The notes under the pieces: model-generated
Told to the model about the DNA's origin: nothing
The model's database searches: none
What the model saw: the letters and a program-made list of their open reading frames with translations, nothing else
Position numbers and translations under genes: made by a program
In this document: one piece after another, positions 1-9,957 of the stretch
Layout of the letters: every line of letters starts with the position of its first letter
Numbering within the stretch: position 1 is the stretch's first letter
NCBI GenBank assembly: GCA_965223265.1
Contig: OZ244999.1
Coordinates: 7,200,001 to 7,264,000, forward strand
Direction of reading: 5' to 3'
Source of the DNA: Planctomycetota bacterium
GTDB lineage: Bacteria > Planctomycetota > UBA8108 > SXIK01
DNA length: 64,000 nt

Positions 1-1266
1 CAGGTCGTCCTGCGGCAACAAAAACTCCCCGGCGCGCTGCACACTGTACCGCCGAACGCCTCCACTCACGGCTGCAAGTGGCCCGTCTCGCACACGATCA
101 ACGTACCGGACGACTGGCGTTCCGGCTATTACAGCATCGTTTTGCGAGCAGACGGACGTCACGGCGCGGCGGCTGCCGGCGAGGCATTTTTCGTCGTGCG
201 CGCAGCTAGACCCGGGAGCAAAACCAAGATCCTCCTGCAGCTAGCCACCAACACCTACAACGCTTACAACGACTTCGGCGGTAGCAGCCTTTACGCCGGT
301 GGTGCGCTGCCGCTGCAAGGGAAACGCGTCTCGTTCGAGAGGCCCATGTCGCCTGGATTTCTCTCACGGCCCGACCGCGAGCTCAGCCGCTGGCACCCGT
401 ACGCCGGCTGGCATCAGTGGGAGAGGTCGTTCGTGGCGTGGGCGGAACGCAGCGGCTACGCGTTCGACTATGCGGTGAACTCGGACCTCGAGTCCCGGCC
501 GGACCTGCTTCAGCACTACCGACTTGTCCTCAGCGTCGGTCACGATGAATACTGGTCCGCGCCGATGCGCGACAACCTCGAGAAGTTCATCGCAGCCGGC
601 GGCAACGTGGCGTTCTTCAGTGGTAACGTCAGCTACTGGCAGGTGCGTTCGGAGGACGACGGCCGCGCCCTCGTTTGCTACAAGGCGAGCTACGAAGAGG
701 ACCCCAACTTCAAGAGCGGCAAGCACAAGACGCTCGCGACGCTGTGGAGCCATCGTCTCGTCGAGCGTCCGGAGAACGAGCTCACCGGCGTCAGCTTCTG
801 CTACGGCGGCTATCACCGCTTCCGCTCGGCGCCGAAGGGAGCCGGCGCCTACACGATCTACCGCCCGGACCACTGGGTTTTCGCCGGGAGCGGTCTGAAG
901 TGGGGAGACGAGCTCGGCGCCGAGGCTGGCGTCGTCGGCTATGAGTGCGACGGCTGCGACTACGGTTTCAAGGACGGTTTACCCGTTCCGACGCACGCGG
1001 ACGGCACGCCGGAGGACTTTGAGATCCTCGCCCTTTGTCCCGCATCGCTCTGGGACACCGACGTTGAGTTTCACTCGAAGGCGCTCTATGGCGAAGGCTC
1101 GGGGCGACGGCGCCATCTCGGCGCAGCGGTGATGGGCGCGTACTCGCGCGGCGGTACGGTGTTCACCACGGGATGCACGGAGTGGACGCGCGGCCTGGAA
1201 AAGGCAGACCCCGAAGTCGAACGAATCACTCGCAACGTGCTGGATCGTCTGTCAGTGACAGCGTGA
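1..1266 (+). CDS. N,N-dimethylformamidase beta-subunit family protein (5' truncated by window)
   Basis: Frame is open from base 1 (QVVLRQQ...WRSGYY). Motifs NTYNAYN, GHDEYW, GGNVAFFSGN, GYECDG and GTVFTTG match the DMFase large-subunit C-terminal family. Confidence 0.75.
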   Translation, partial: QVVLRQQKLPGALHTVPPNASTHGCKWPVSHTINVPDDWRSGYYSIVLRADGRHGAAAAGEAFFVVRAARPGSKTKILLQLATNTYNAYNDFGGSSLYAGGALPLQGKRVSFERPMSPGFLSRPDRELSRWHPYAGWHQWERSFVAWAERSGYAFDYAVNSDLESRPDLLQHYRLVLSVGHDEYWSAPMRDNLEKFIAAGGNVAFFSGNVSYWQVRSEDDGRALVCYKASYEEDPNFKSGKHKTLATLWSHRLVERPENELTGVSFCYGGYHRFRSAPKGAGAYTIYRPDHWVFAGSGLKWGDELGAEAGVVGYECDGCDYGFKDGLPVPTHADGTPEDFEILALCPASLWDTDVEFHSKALYGEGSGRRRHLGAAVMGAYSRGGTVFTTGCTEWTRGLEKADPEVERITRNVLDRLSVTA

Positions 1267-1324
1267 GCGTGTGCGGCGCGCGGCGAAGGGAAGATCACTC
1301 GATCGCCGGCCGTCTGGACTAGCT

Positions 1325-4300
1325 CTAGCTCCGGTCGCCGCTGAGATCCTCCGCGAGCGGGAGGATGGCGGGAATCCCGATCAGCACGAAGACTGCGGAC
1401 ACCAGCGTTCCGATGCCGAGTGAGATCGCCATGGGGACGAGGAACAGCGCCTGCACGGAAGTCTCGAAGATCATCGGGCCGAGCCCCAAGAACGTCGTGA
1501 TCGCCGTCAGCAGAATCGGACGAAAACGGCGCTGCGCCGCGGTCACGATGGCCTCACCTTGCGGCACTCCGCTCGTGATATACCGATTCCTCGTGTTCAC
1601 CAGAACAAAGGCGCCGTTGACGACCATGCCGCAAAGCGCAATCATTCCGAAGACGCTGAAAATGCTCAGGTCGAACCCCATGGCCAAATGTCCAAGCACC
1701 GCCCCACAGAGACCCCATGGGATGGTCAAAAGGACGATGATCGCATGTACGTAGCTGCGCAGGAGCGACGCCATGATGGCGTAGATGGCAAAGAGAGCAG
1801 CCATCAATCCCCACGAGAGACGATCCACCGCCTCGCGCTGTTCTCGCTGCTCGCCTTCGAACGCGTAGCGCAGGCCCGGATACCTGGCAACGATTCTTGG
1901 CATGTCGCCTTTGGCAAATGCCGACAGGATGCGGTTGCCGTTGTTCACTCCCGGAATCACGTTAGCAGTCACGTTGAGCACGCGCCCGCCGTCGACGCGC
2001 TCGATTCTCACGGGCGCTTTTGTCGGGATGACGAACGCTGCCTGACTGAGAGGAATCTCACCTCCCTCGGGAGCGCGGAGGAGGAGATCCTCCAGCCCGC
2101 TCATCGAACGACGATCTGCTTCCGGCAGCTTCACCATGACCCGGAGCTCGTCGCGGTCGCGAGGCTGCCTCAGGGCTTCCGCGCCGTAGAACGCGTGCCG
2201 GATCTGCTGGCCAAGCTCGCGCGCGGTGATGCCGAGGCTCCGCCCCTCCGGTTTGATCTCAAAGTTGACCTGCGGCATCGCACGGCCGAAACCGCGCCGT
2301 ACATCTTCCACGCCCGGGAAGCGCTCGATGGCAGCGGCGACATCGGCGGCGGCTTCACGCAGCGTGTCGACATCAGCGTGCGCGATCTGGATGTCGATTT
2401 CTGCCGACCCTCCCGGTCCGTACATGTAGTCGAAGAAGAGAGACTCGACATCGGGTAGCTCACCAATCTCGTCACGCCAGATGGTGGCGAATCCCTCGCT
2501 CGAGATCTCTCGTCGGCTTTGCGGCACCAGGATGACCGACACTTCTGCTCCATGTGCCGTGCGCTCGGCAATGGTCGTAAAGACGCCGACGAGAATGTCG
2601 TCTTCGCCGTTGGCAGCAAGCGCGCGGCGCGCGGCCGCTTCGACTTCGAAAGCGACGGTGCGGGTGCGAGCGACCGGCGTACCGGACGGCATCTCGATCT
2701 CAGCTTGCACGAAATTGGTCTGAATCGCTGGTCGAAATGTGAAGTCGAGGCGTCCGCTTGCAACGTAAGCGACCACGCTCGCGAACACCGCCGCGAAGAG
2801 CGCTATGGTCAAGTACCGGTGGCGGATCGCACTGCAGACGATCGGCCGGTAGATCCTCTCCATGCGCGAGTCCAACGATTCCCTCAAGAGCATCTGCCGG
2901 TGCTGGAATGCGCTCCACCATGCGTAACCGATTCTGTCGCGTCCGTGGGCAAGATGCGCCGGCAGAATGAACAAGCACTCGATGAGCGACACGGCAAAGA
3001 CCGCGATGACCACGGCCGGAAGAACCCTGAAGAATTGACCCGTCTCGCCGGGGACGAAGAGGAGAGGCAAGAATGCGATGATGTTCGTCGAAACAGCGAA
3101 CGTCACGGGAACCGCCATCTCGCGAACTCCGAGAATGGCGGCTTCGATGCGGGGTGTTCCCGAGGACATCTTGTGAAAGATCTCCTCGCCGACCACGACC
3201 GCGTCGTCGACGACGATGCCGAGCGTGACGATGAAACCGAAGAGGGAGATCATGTTGATGCTCGCATCCATCGCTGGCAAGAGAATCAGCGAGCCGAGAA
3301 TCGACACCGGGATTCCGACCGCAGTCCAGAAGGCCACCCGAATCTCGAGAAAGAGACCGAGTGCCAAAAGCACGAGCACAAGACCCAGGCTTCCGTTTCT
3401 GATCAGCAAGGTGAGGCGCTCGCGGTAGGACTCTGAACGATCCATCACCAGCGCCATGCCCATACCAGTGGGGAGACTTTTACGCTCCTTTTCGATGAAC
3501 GTCCGCACCGCGCCGGCCACCTCCATCGGCGACTGACTCTCCGAGCTATAGATCGCCATGACAACCGCCCGCCTGCCGTTGAAGTAAGCCTCGCGGTCGA
3601 GCTCCTCGAAGCTGTCTCGAACCTCCGCGATGTCAGCGAGCCGCACTTTAGCACCGTCAGCGGTACTGAGGATCGGAACATCAGAAAACTCGCTCGCGAA
3701 CTCCCTGCGTTCCGTCGTCCGCAAGAGGACATCTCCCCCTGGCGTTCGGATCGTCCCGGCAGGAACGTCGAGAGCCGCGGCGTCGATCGCTTCAGCAACC
3801 TCGTCAAGCGTCAGGTTGAGGGCACGGAGCTTCGCCTGGGGCACCTCGATGTGAATCTCGGGACGCCGGAGTCCCTTGAAGTCGATCAGCGATATGTTGG
3901 GATCCGAAAGCAGTCCGGCCTCGATCTGCCGGGCGAAATCGACCAGCGAACGTTCGTCGACGTCACCATGGATCGCGACCCGGATCACCTCGCGGCGCCT
4001 TCCGGTCCCCAGCCCAATCACCGGCGGCTCCGCCTCGTCGGGAAAAAGACTCACGCGCTGCACAGCGGCAGTAATCTCCTGCAGTGAGCGGTTGCGATCA
4101 GAGCCGGGGACGAGCTCGACGGTAACGCTGGCGCGGCCCTCGCGGGCGATCGCCAACACCCGGCGGATGACCTCCATACCTCGCAGCTCCGTCTCGATCG
4201 GGAGGATGATCGTTCTCTCGACCTCCTCCGGGCTGGCGCCTCGGTACTCCATTTCGATCTCGACCACATCGAGAGCGAAGACGGGCACGACCTCCTGGCG

Positions 4301-4435
4301 AATCGACCGCGCGACGAGAACACCGGCAACGGCGATGAAGACCATGACCAAGTTGGCGGCGACCGGGTTGCGTGCGAACCAGGCGAGGGCGCCGCGGTGG
4401 ACCCTTCCGCTCGTCCGACGGCCGCCAGCGCTCAT
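1325..4435 (-). CDS. RND efflux permease (AcrB/AcrD/AcrF family)
   Basis: 1036 aa with ARNPVAANL, GASPEEVE, LGIVVDDAVVVGE and RFRPILLTAITT. ATGA overlap with the upstream adaptor gene. Confidence 0.95.
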   Translation of the reverse strand: MSAGGRRTSGRVHRGALAWFARNPVAANLVMVFIAVAGVLVARSIRQEVVPVFALDVVEIEMEYRGASPEEVERTIILPIETELRGMEVIRRVLAIAREGRASVTVELVPGSDRNRSLQEITAAVQRVSLFPDEAEPPVIGLGTGRRREVIRVAIHGDVDERSLVDFARQIEAGLLSDPNISLIDFKGLRRPEIHIEVPQAKLRALNLTLDEVAEAIDAAALDVPAGTIRTPGGDVLLRTTERREFASEFSDVPILSTADGAKVRLADIAEVRDSFEELDREAYFNGRRAVVMAIYSSESQSPMEVAGAVRTFIEKERKSLPTGMGMALVMDRSESYRERLTLLIRNGSLGLVLVLLALGLFLEIRVAFWTAVGIPVSILGSLILLPAMDASINMISLFGFIVTLGIVVDDAVVVGEEIFHKMSSGTPRIEAAILGVREMAVPVTFAVSTNIIAFLPLLFVPGETGQFFRVLPAVVIAVFAVSLIECLFILPAHLAHGRDRIGYAWWSAFQHRQMLLRESLDSRMERIYRPIVCSAIRHRYLTIALFAAVFASVVAYVASGRLDFTFRPAIQTNFVQAEIEMPSGTPVARTRTVAFEVEAAARRALAANGEDDILVGVFTTIAERTAHGAEVSVILVPQSRREISSEGFATIWRDEIGELPDVESLFFDYMYGPGGSAEIDIQIAHADVDTLREAAADVAAAIERFPGVEDVRRGFGRAMPQVNFEIKPEGRSLGITARELGQQIRHAFYGAEALRQPRDRDELRVMVKLPEADRRSMSGLEDLLLRAPEGGEIPLSQAAFVIPTKAPVRIERVDGGRVLNVTANVIPGVNNGNRILSAFAKGDMPRIVARYPGLRYAFEGEQREQREAVDRLSWGLMAALFAIYAIMASLLRSYVHAIIVLLTIPWGLCGAVLGHLAMGFDLSIFSVFGMIALCGMVVNGAFVLVNTRNRYITSGVPQGEAIVTAAQRRFRPILLTAITTFLGLGPMIFETSVQALFLVPMAISLGIGTLVSAVFVLIGIPAILPLAEDLSGDRS

Positions 4436-5691
4436 GGCGACATCCTTGACTCAGTGGGCGCTGGAGCAGAAACCTTGGCGGCGGAAGCGGAGCTCGAAGT
4501 CGCGATGGCGTCGGCAGGTTTTGGATTCACCTCCATTCCTGGTAGAGCGACCCGTAGACCGCTGACGACCAGATCCTGCCCTTGCGGGAGCTTGTTCTCG
4601 ATGATCACGGAGTCTCTCGTCGACCAGAGAACAGTCACTGGTCGAATCTGAAGACGCCGGTTTTCATCGACGAGCCAGACGCGGTCGCCCTCCCGCAAAG
4701 CCTCCCTCCGAATAGTGACGACGTCCCGGAGAACGCCGGCGCTGATTTCGACGCGAACATAGCTCCCTAGGAGCATCGGGACTTCGTCGCTCCCGCCGCT
4801 GCCGAGAGGATTCGGCACACTGATCAAGACGCGAGCCATCCGGCCTGTCGGCTCGAGGTCTCCTAAAAGGCGAACCACGTGGCCGCTGCGCCGCACGGTC
4901 TCACCGTCGCCGGACTCGAGGAGTACCTCCACGCTCGCCCCTGCACGCTCGGCGGTGGGAAATTCAATCCAGCGCAGCATGTCGATCGGCAGGGAAGCTC
5001 GCACCCAGAATTCGTCAGCGCCGACGAGAGTTGCGACTGCACTTCCAGGCTCGACGAGCTGCCCTATCTCAACCGACTCTTCCAGTACGATCACGTTGAA
5101 CGGGGCATTGACGACGGTGCGCGACAGGTCGAGTTGCGCTTTGTCGATTTCGTTCTGCGCCTTCGCGATCAGCGCTTCCGTACGGCGAAGATGGGGCTCA
5201 CGCAGCACGAGCGAGCGATTCGCTTCACTCTCAGGAACGTCACCCTTGAGAAGATTCCACTCCCGAGACGCAACGACTTGACGCCCCCTTTCGACTTCGA
5301 GCTCGAAGCGCGCCTCCTCGAGAGTCGTCTGTGCTTCGGTGAGCGCCAGCTGATAATCGGAGGGATCGATGAGGATGAGCTCGGCGCCAGCCGCGATGAA
5401 GCCGCCCGGAACGAGCGCCGGATCATGTCGCAGAACGCGACCGCGAACTTCCGGTCGGATGACGATGCTGCGCGACGGGATGACCGTACCGTAGCCGGTT
5501 ACCGTGATGTTCTGATCCTTAGAGCGCATCTCTACAGTTTTGACAATCTTCGGTGCACGCTTCTCGTCCCTGGGCTGCTCGCGTGGCGAAGTCCATAAGA
5601 GAACTGCGCTGGCCAGAATGCCGAGAGCAAGAACGCCAACCGCCAGCATGACGGAAGCGCCGCGCGAAATGCCGCGCCGAGTGTCGTTCAT
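4432..5691 (-). CDS. RND periplasmic adaptor (MFP) subunit
   Basis: N-terminal TM, lipoyl half-motifs (PEVRGRV; APFNVIV...GQLV) and a coiled coil. ATG at 5691 overlaps the OMF stop codon (ATGA). Confidence 0.92.
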   Translation of the reverse strand: MNDTRRGISRGASVMLAVGVLALGILASAVLLWTSPREQPRDEKRAPKIVKTVEMRSKDQNITVTGYGTVIPSRSIVIRPEVRGRVLRHDPALVPGGFIAAGAELILIDPSDYQLALTEAQTTLEEARFELEVERGRQVVASREWNLLKGDVPESEANRSLVLREPHLRRTEALIAKAQNEIDKAQLDLSRTVVNAPFNVIVLEESVEIGQLVEPGSAVATLVGADEFWVRASLPIDMLRWIEFPTAERAGASVEVLLESGDGETVRRSGHVVRLLGDLEPTGRMARVLISVPNPLGSGGSDEVPMLLGSYVRVEISAGVLRDVVTIRREALREGDRVWLVDENRRLQIRPVTVLWSTRDSVIIENKLPQGQDLVVSGLRVALPGMEVNPKPADAIATSSSASAAKVSAPAPTESRMSP

Positions 5692-7193
5692 CGATTCCAA
5701 ATGACCACTCCAGAAGCCACGGCGGCGTCTCTCCCGGTGGGGTCGATCCCGGCAGCGCGAGAGGCTTGCGATTCCATAAGTTCACGGGGTGTGAGAGGTC
5801 CACCAAGCGCGAGGTGGAGAGCAACACGAGATGTCAGTTCCAATCGGCGACTCGTGATCAACGCGCGCTCAAGATCCTGCTCGGTCGCCACGGCTGCAAG
5901 GACCGGCAAGTAGTCGGTCAGACCTTGGCTGTAACGATTTCTGGTTTCGCTGAGGAGCTGGCGCGCGGTGTCGAGCTGATCCTCCTGCAGTCTGACGCGC
6001 CGCGCCTGCTGGCGCTCCCGGAGGATGGCAGTCTCAACCTCCTTGACTGCCGTCAGAAAGAGCTCCGCGTAACCAGCGACGGCCTCCTCCCATTGCGCGC
6101 GACGGAAGTCGATAGCGGCACGTCGCTCGCCACCGTCGAACAGCGGCGCGAGAGCACCGGCGAAGACGCTGGAGACCAGAGTGTCCGGCCGCAGAGAGCC
6201 GGTCGCAGCGACCGCACCGCCGATGTTGAAGCGCGGAAAACGATCCGCGATCGCTTCGCCGATGCGAAGGTCGATCGCGTCCATGCGATGCCGCGAAGCG
6301 ACGAGATCGGGTCTTGTCTCCAGCAGTGCCGCAGGGACGCCGACATCCGGCAACGCCGCGAGCGCCGGAAGCTCGGTCGCCTTGAGGCGCTCACGATTGC
6401 CAGGGGCGCGACCGAGGAGGACATCGAGTGCGTACTCAAGCTCAGCCAGTCTCGCCTCCACGAGCGGAACGAGCGCTCGCGTCGAGGCCAGTTGCTCACG
6501 CTGCTGCAAGACATCGACGATCGACGACTGCCCCTGCCCGAATCTGAGTCGCGTCAGTTCAAGAAGCGTGTTGTTGGTGACGATCTGCTCGGCCAGCAGC
6601 TGAAGCTGTAGGCGCTGCTCGAGAGCCTCGAAGTAGGTATCAGCGACGTTCGCAGCCAGAATGAGCTGCGCGGCGAGAAAGTCTTGATGAGCTGATTTGG
6701 CATCGAGCTCCGCAGCATCTTCCGCTGCACGCAATCTTCCCCAGACATCGAGCTCCCAATTGAGGAGCAGACCACCTGAAAGGAGTTCGTCGTGGCTGTG
6801 CCCGTCCCCGCTGGGATCGGTCCAAGTCGACTCATAGTCGACGCCGGCGTCGATGGTCGGAAGCCGCCGGGCACCTTGCTGACGCGTGAACGCACGTGCC
6901 TGCTGTACACGTGCTGCGAGTTGGCTCAGATCGAGGTTCGACCGCAGAGCAGTGTCGATCAACTTCATAAGAACCGGGTCGTTGAAGGCTTCCCACCAGC
7001 GCTCCGTGGGCGGCTGCGGTGCGGTGATCTCGCGCGTAGCTTCGTGATAGGTCTGCGTCGCGGCGACGCGCGGTGGACGCTCGAGCGTGGGTCGGTGGAC
7101 CGCGCAGCCGGTGAACGCGATGCAAGCGATCGTCGAACCGAGAAGAAAAACGTAATTGGAACGACTGAATCGATGGCGGCAGAATCGTATCAT
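5688..7193 (-). CDS. Outer-membrane efflux lipoprotein (TolC/NodT family)
   Basis: Lipobox AFTGC, WWEAFNDP, WELDVWGRLR, LLETRPDL and the C-terminal LHLALGG. Confidence 0.93.
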   Translation of the reverse strand: MIRFCRHRFSRSNYVFLLGSTIACIAFTGCAVHRPTLERPPRVAATQTYHEATREITAPQPPTERWWEAFNDPVLMKLIDTALRSNLDLSQLAARVQQARAFTRQQGARRLPTIDAGVDYESTWTDPSGDGHSHDELLSGGLLLNWELDVWGRLRAAEDAAELDAKSAHQDFLAAQLILAANVADTYFEALEQRLQLQLLAEQIVTNNTLLELTRLRFGQGQSSIVDVLQQREQLASTRALVPLVEARLAELEYALDVLLGRAPGNRERLKATELPALAALPDVGVPAALLETRPDLVASRHRMDAIDLRIGEAIADRFPRFNIGGAVAATGSLRPDTLVSSVFAGALAPLFDGGERRAAIDFRRAQWEEAVAGYAELFLTAVKEVETAILRERQQARRVRLQEDQLDTARQLLSETRNRYSQGLTDYLPVLAAVATEQDLERALITSRRLELTSRVALHLALGGPLTPRELMESQASRAAGIDPTGRDAAVASGVVIWNR

Positions 7194-7717
7194 GCGACGT
7201 GTTGAAGGGCGCCTGAGAGAGTGCGTCCGCAGAAGGATCTCGGACGTGATCGCGTCGACAGAGACATCTTATCATTCTAAGCCAAGAGGCGGGTGCGATT
7301 CACGTAGCAGGTGCTGCCGATGCGAGCTTCCGTCCGAGCTCTTTCGATCGTTGCCTTCGACGACACGCTCTGCAGGTCCGAAGTCGCGGCAACGAAGATC
7401 CACCGCCTGAAAGACAACAGCAAGAACGCCTTCGGCGACGAGCAATTGAAGCTCCTACCGCCCCACTCTTGGCGCTTCGCGCCCGCCTTCTTTTGCAGGC
7501 GTGAGAATTATCGGCCGCAGGGCGTCGTACCATGAGGTTCGGCGGTGGCAAGGTGCCGCCACGAACACCCTGAACATCCCGTTGACATGGCGTATGCCGT
7601 AGCACCGGCTGCTGTGTCTCGTACACGCTGCCGTGTCGCAGCGTCTTGACCTGATGCACGGCCGCGGCTTACGGTGCCGCCGCGACGCTCCTTTTCGTCA
7701 CGGATCAGCAAGCAGGC

Positions 7718-8560
7718 ATGGTCGACATTTACTCCGAGTCCAAGCACCCTGGTGTCAACGAGATCTACCGGGACGACGTCCTCTGGGTACTCGACAAGGC
7801 TGCCGGGGTCCTCTCACACCCGAACCCTCCGTCCAAGGCGGCGCCGAACTCCCTTCTGCGCTGCACGTATGACCATGACCGCGAGCTGTATCGCGTCGCG
7901 ACCGAAGGCAGAGCCCAGGCGCAGGTGCACCTGGTTCATCGCCTCGACCAGGAGACGAGCGGGCTGATCCTGTGCACGTTTGATCTCGACGCTGCCGGGA
8001 GAATGCGCGAACAGCTGTATCACGGCGAGATCAAAAAGGAGTACCGAGCTCTTGTCGTTGGTATTCCGCACCGCCCGCGCGGCGAGTGGCACGATCGCCT
8101 CGAGAAGTCGGCGCAGCAAGGTCGAGTCAGCGTCAAGGTGCTCCCAGGGCGGGAGAACGCGCTCACCGAATTCGCCGTCGTCGAATCTCTGCAGCTCAGC
8201 GGCACGTCATTGCTGGCGCTCTTTCCGCACACTGGGCGAACACATCAACTGCGCGTGCAGTCGGCGGCACGCAAGCTGCCGATCGCCGGAGACGAGCGCT
8301 ACGGAGATTTCACTGCGAACCGATTCCTTCGCGATGAGGTCGGCCTGAAACACATGTTCCTGCACGCCTACCGAATCGAACTGCGCCACCCGAGCAGCGG
8401 ACACCTCATGCGCTTCGAAGCGCCTCTGAGTTCGCGGCTCACGCAGCCCCTCGAGCGCCTCCGCACCCTTCGCCGAAGACCACCTCGCGATCTAGGCAGA
8501 GACGAAGGTCAGAGCAAAGACAAAAAACGCGCACGAGGTCGGCGCGGCCGCCGCAGATAG
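7718..8560 (+). CDS. RluA-family RNA pseudouridine synthase
   Basis: DKAAG, catalytic HRLDQETSG, TGRTHQLR, PIAGDERYG and LHA motifs. Arg-rich C-terminal tail. Confidence 0.93.
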   Translation: MVDIYSESKHPGVNEIYRDDVLWVLDKAAGVLSHPNPPSKAAPNSLLRCTYDHDRELYRVATEGRAQAQVHLVHRLDQETSGLILCTFDLDAAGRMREQLYHGEIKKEYRALVVGIPHRPRGEWHDRLEKSAQQGRVSVKVLPGRENALTEFAVVESLQLSGTSLLALFPHTGRTHQLRVQSAARKLPIAGDERYGDFTANRFLRDEVGLKHMFLHAYRIELRHPSSGHLMRFEAPLSSRLTQPLERLRTLRRRPPRDLGRDEGQSKDKKRARGRRGRRR

Positions 8561-8611
8561 CCAGCCGGAGCCGGAGGCCGGTCGGACGCGCTTGTAGGAA
8601 TCGGAGACGGC

Positions 8612-8859
8612 TTGCGTTTGCGTTTGCGTTTGCGTTTGCGTTTGCGTTTGCGTTTGCGTTTGCGTGGGCGTTTGCGTGGGCGTGGGCGTGGGCGTGGGCG
8701 TGGGCGTGGGCGTGGGCGTGGGCGTTTGCGTGGGAGTGGGCGTGGGCGTGGGAGTGCCGGTACTCTGCGTCTGACTCCGTATCTGGATCTGACTCTGTAT
8801 CCGACTCTGCGCCTGTATCTGTATCTGACTCGGCGTCTGACTCTGTATCTGTATCCGCC
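8612..8859. repeat. Compound hexanucleotide repeat: 24 x TTGCGT/GGGCGT/GGGAGT followed by about 16 x TCTGNN-type hexamers
   Basis: Read directly. 8612-8755 = (TTGCGT)9 GGGCGT TTGCGT (GGGCGT)8 TTGCGT GGGAGT (GGGCGT)2 GGGAGT. 8764-8859 = TCTGCG TCTGAC TCCGTA TCTGGA... Confidence 0.95.
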
Positions 8860-8969
8860 TCCACCTCCCCCACCGCGCCGAATGCTGCCGTGCGCACCGC
8901 GTCGGCGCTTCCCGAGTCGAACGCTGTTTCCACGCGCGGAGGCACGCCCTCATGCGCCCGCCAATAAAC

Positions 8970-9800
8970 TCACGCGAACAGCGACGTCGCGCCTGAGACG
9001 ATGACCGCCAGTGCGAGCAGTCGCAACCGCCAGGTGTAGTATCCCTGCGTCGCCGACTCGAGGAAGAAGTAGAGGGCCAGAACAATGCATGCCAGAAGCG
9101 CGGCCGCGCCGACTTTCCAGTGAAAGGCGTGCCTCTGGACGCGAGCAGCCCGCAGCTCGAGATGCGCCTTCTTCTTGAGTTTCTCGGTCATTGCCTCCAG
9201 CGATCGATCGTCGCAGCGCACCAAAAGAGCAACCCTATAGACCGTTCCGTACGGGCGCTGGATTGCCTGCTCGAATGAGTCTTTCGCGAGGTCGTCGACG
9301 TGAGGTTGAGCGACGTCGAAGGCGAGACGACGCAAGTCAATGTGCGGCAGACGCTGAGCCAGGTCGCGCTGCCGCCACCAAATGAGTGCTTGAATCTGCG
9401 CCGCGGCTGAGCGTTTCGCGCCCCTCCGGGCGGCCTCGATGTCGCCCTCAAGCTCCGAGTAGCCGACGAGCTCGGCGCGCACTCCTGGGTGTCGAGCCTT
9501 CACTGCAGCGCGTCCGTCCTGCGCGCTCCATGGCCGAGAGCCCGCGGCATCGTGGACCCATGACTTCGGCGGTGTAGTGATCGTGCCGCTACCGCGCTCC
9601 TCACGATCCTCCGCGCTGCCAAGGAGGACACTCTGCGCGAGCCACTCTGCGTGTGCGTCCGGAATCGTCAGCTCGAGCGTCTCCGGTCGTACGTCGTCAC
9701 CAGTCCCATGGAGGTCCGGTGACAACGGCGACGCAACAAGGAGCGGTGTTGTCAACACCAGACAGAGTGAACTTAAGAATCCGAAGAGTGTTACCTGCAT
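8970..9800 (-). CDS. Hypothetical exported/membrane protein
   Basis: 276 aa with an N-terminal signal peptide and two C-terminal TM helices. Co-oriented downstream of the coiled-coil gene. Confidence 0.75.
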   Translation of the reverse strand: MQVTLFGFLSSLCLVLTTPLLVASPLSPDLHGTGDDVRPETLELTIPDAHAEWLAQSVLLGSAEDREERGSGTITTPPKSWVHDAAGSRPWSAQDGRAAVKARHPGVRAELVGYSELEGDIEAARRGAKRSAAAQIQALIWWRQRDLAQRLPHIDLRRLAFDVAQPHVDDLAKDSFEQAIQRPYGTVYRVALLVRCDDRSLEAMTEKLKKKAHLELRAARVQRHAFHWKVGAAALLACIVLALYFFLESATQGYYTWRLRLLALAVIVSGATSLFA

Positions 9801-9957
9801 GGGACTCCGGCCTCTTCAAGTCGTACGGCAGCAGCTCGAGTCAAATCGACAATGCTGGGTGTGGAATCGACCTTGGTCCATTCCTCTGTTCGGGAACGGA
9901 CCAAGGTCGAGCCTTGCGCATTGCCAAGAGGAGTCACCGCGCCTCGCTCGATCGGCG

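Noticed and set aside
7311-7535. 74-aa ORF between the efflux operon and rluA
   Set aside because: A short stretch looks coding-like, but there is no RBS, motif or family match. It may be a gene remnant and cannot be supported.
8439-8945. 168-aa ORF with Asp/Glu-Ser/Thr and His-Ala/Asn-Ala repeats (possible metal-binding protein)
   Set aside because: Hexamer repeats keep frames open trivially. The ORF overlaps rluA by about 120 nt, and the sister repeat at 13061-13430 contains frame-breaking heptamers.
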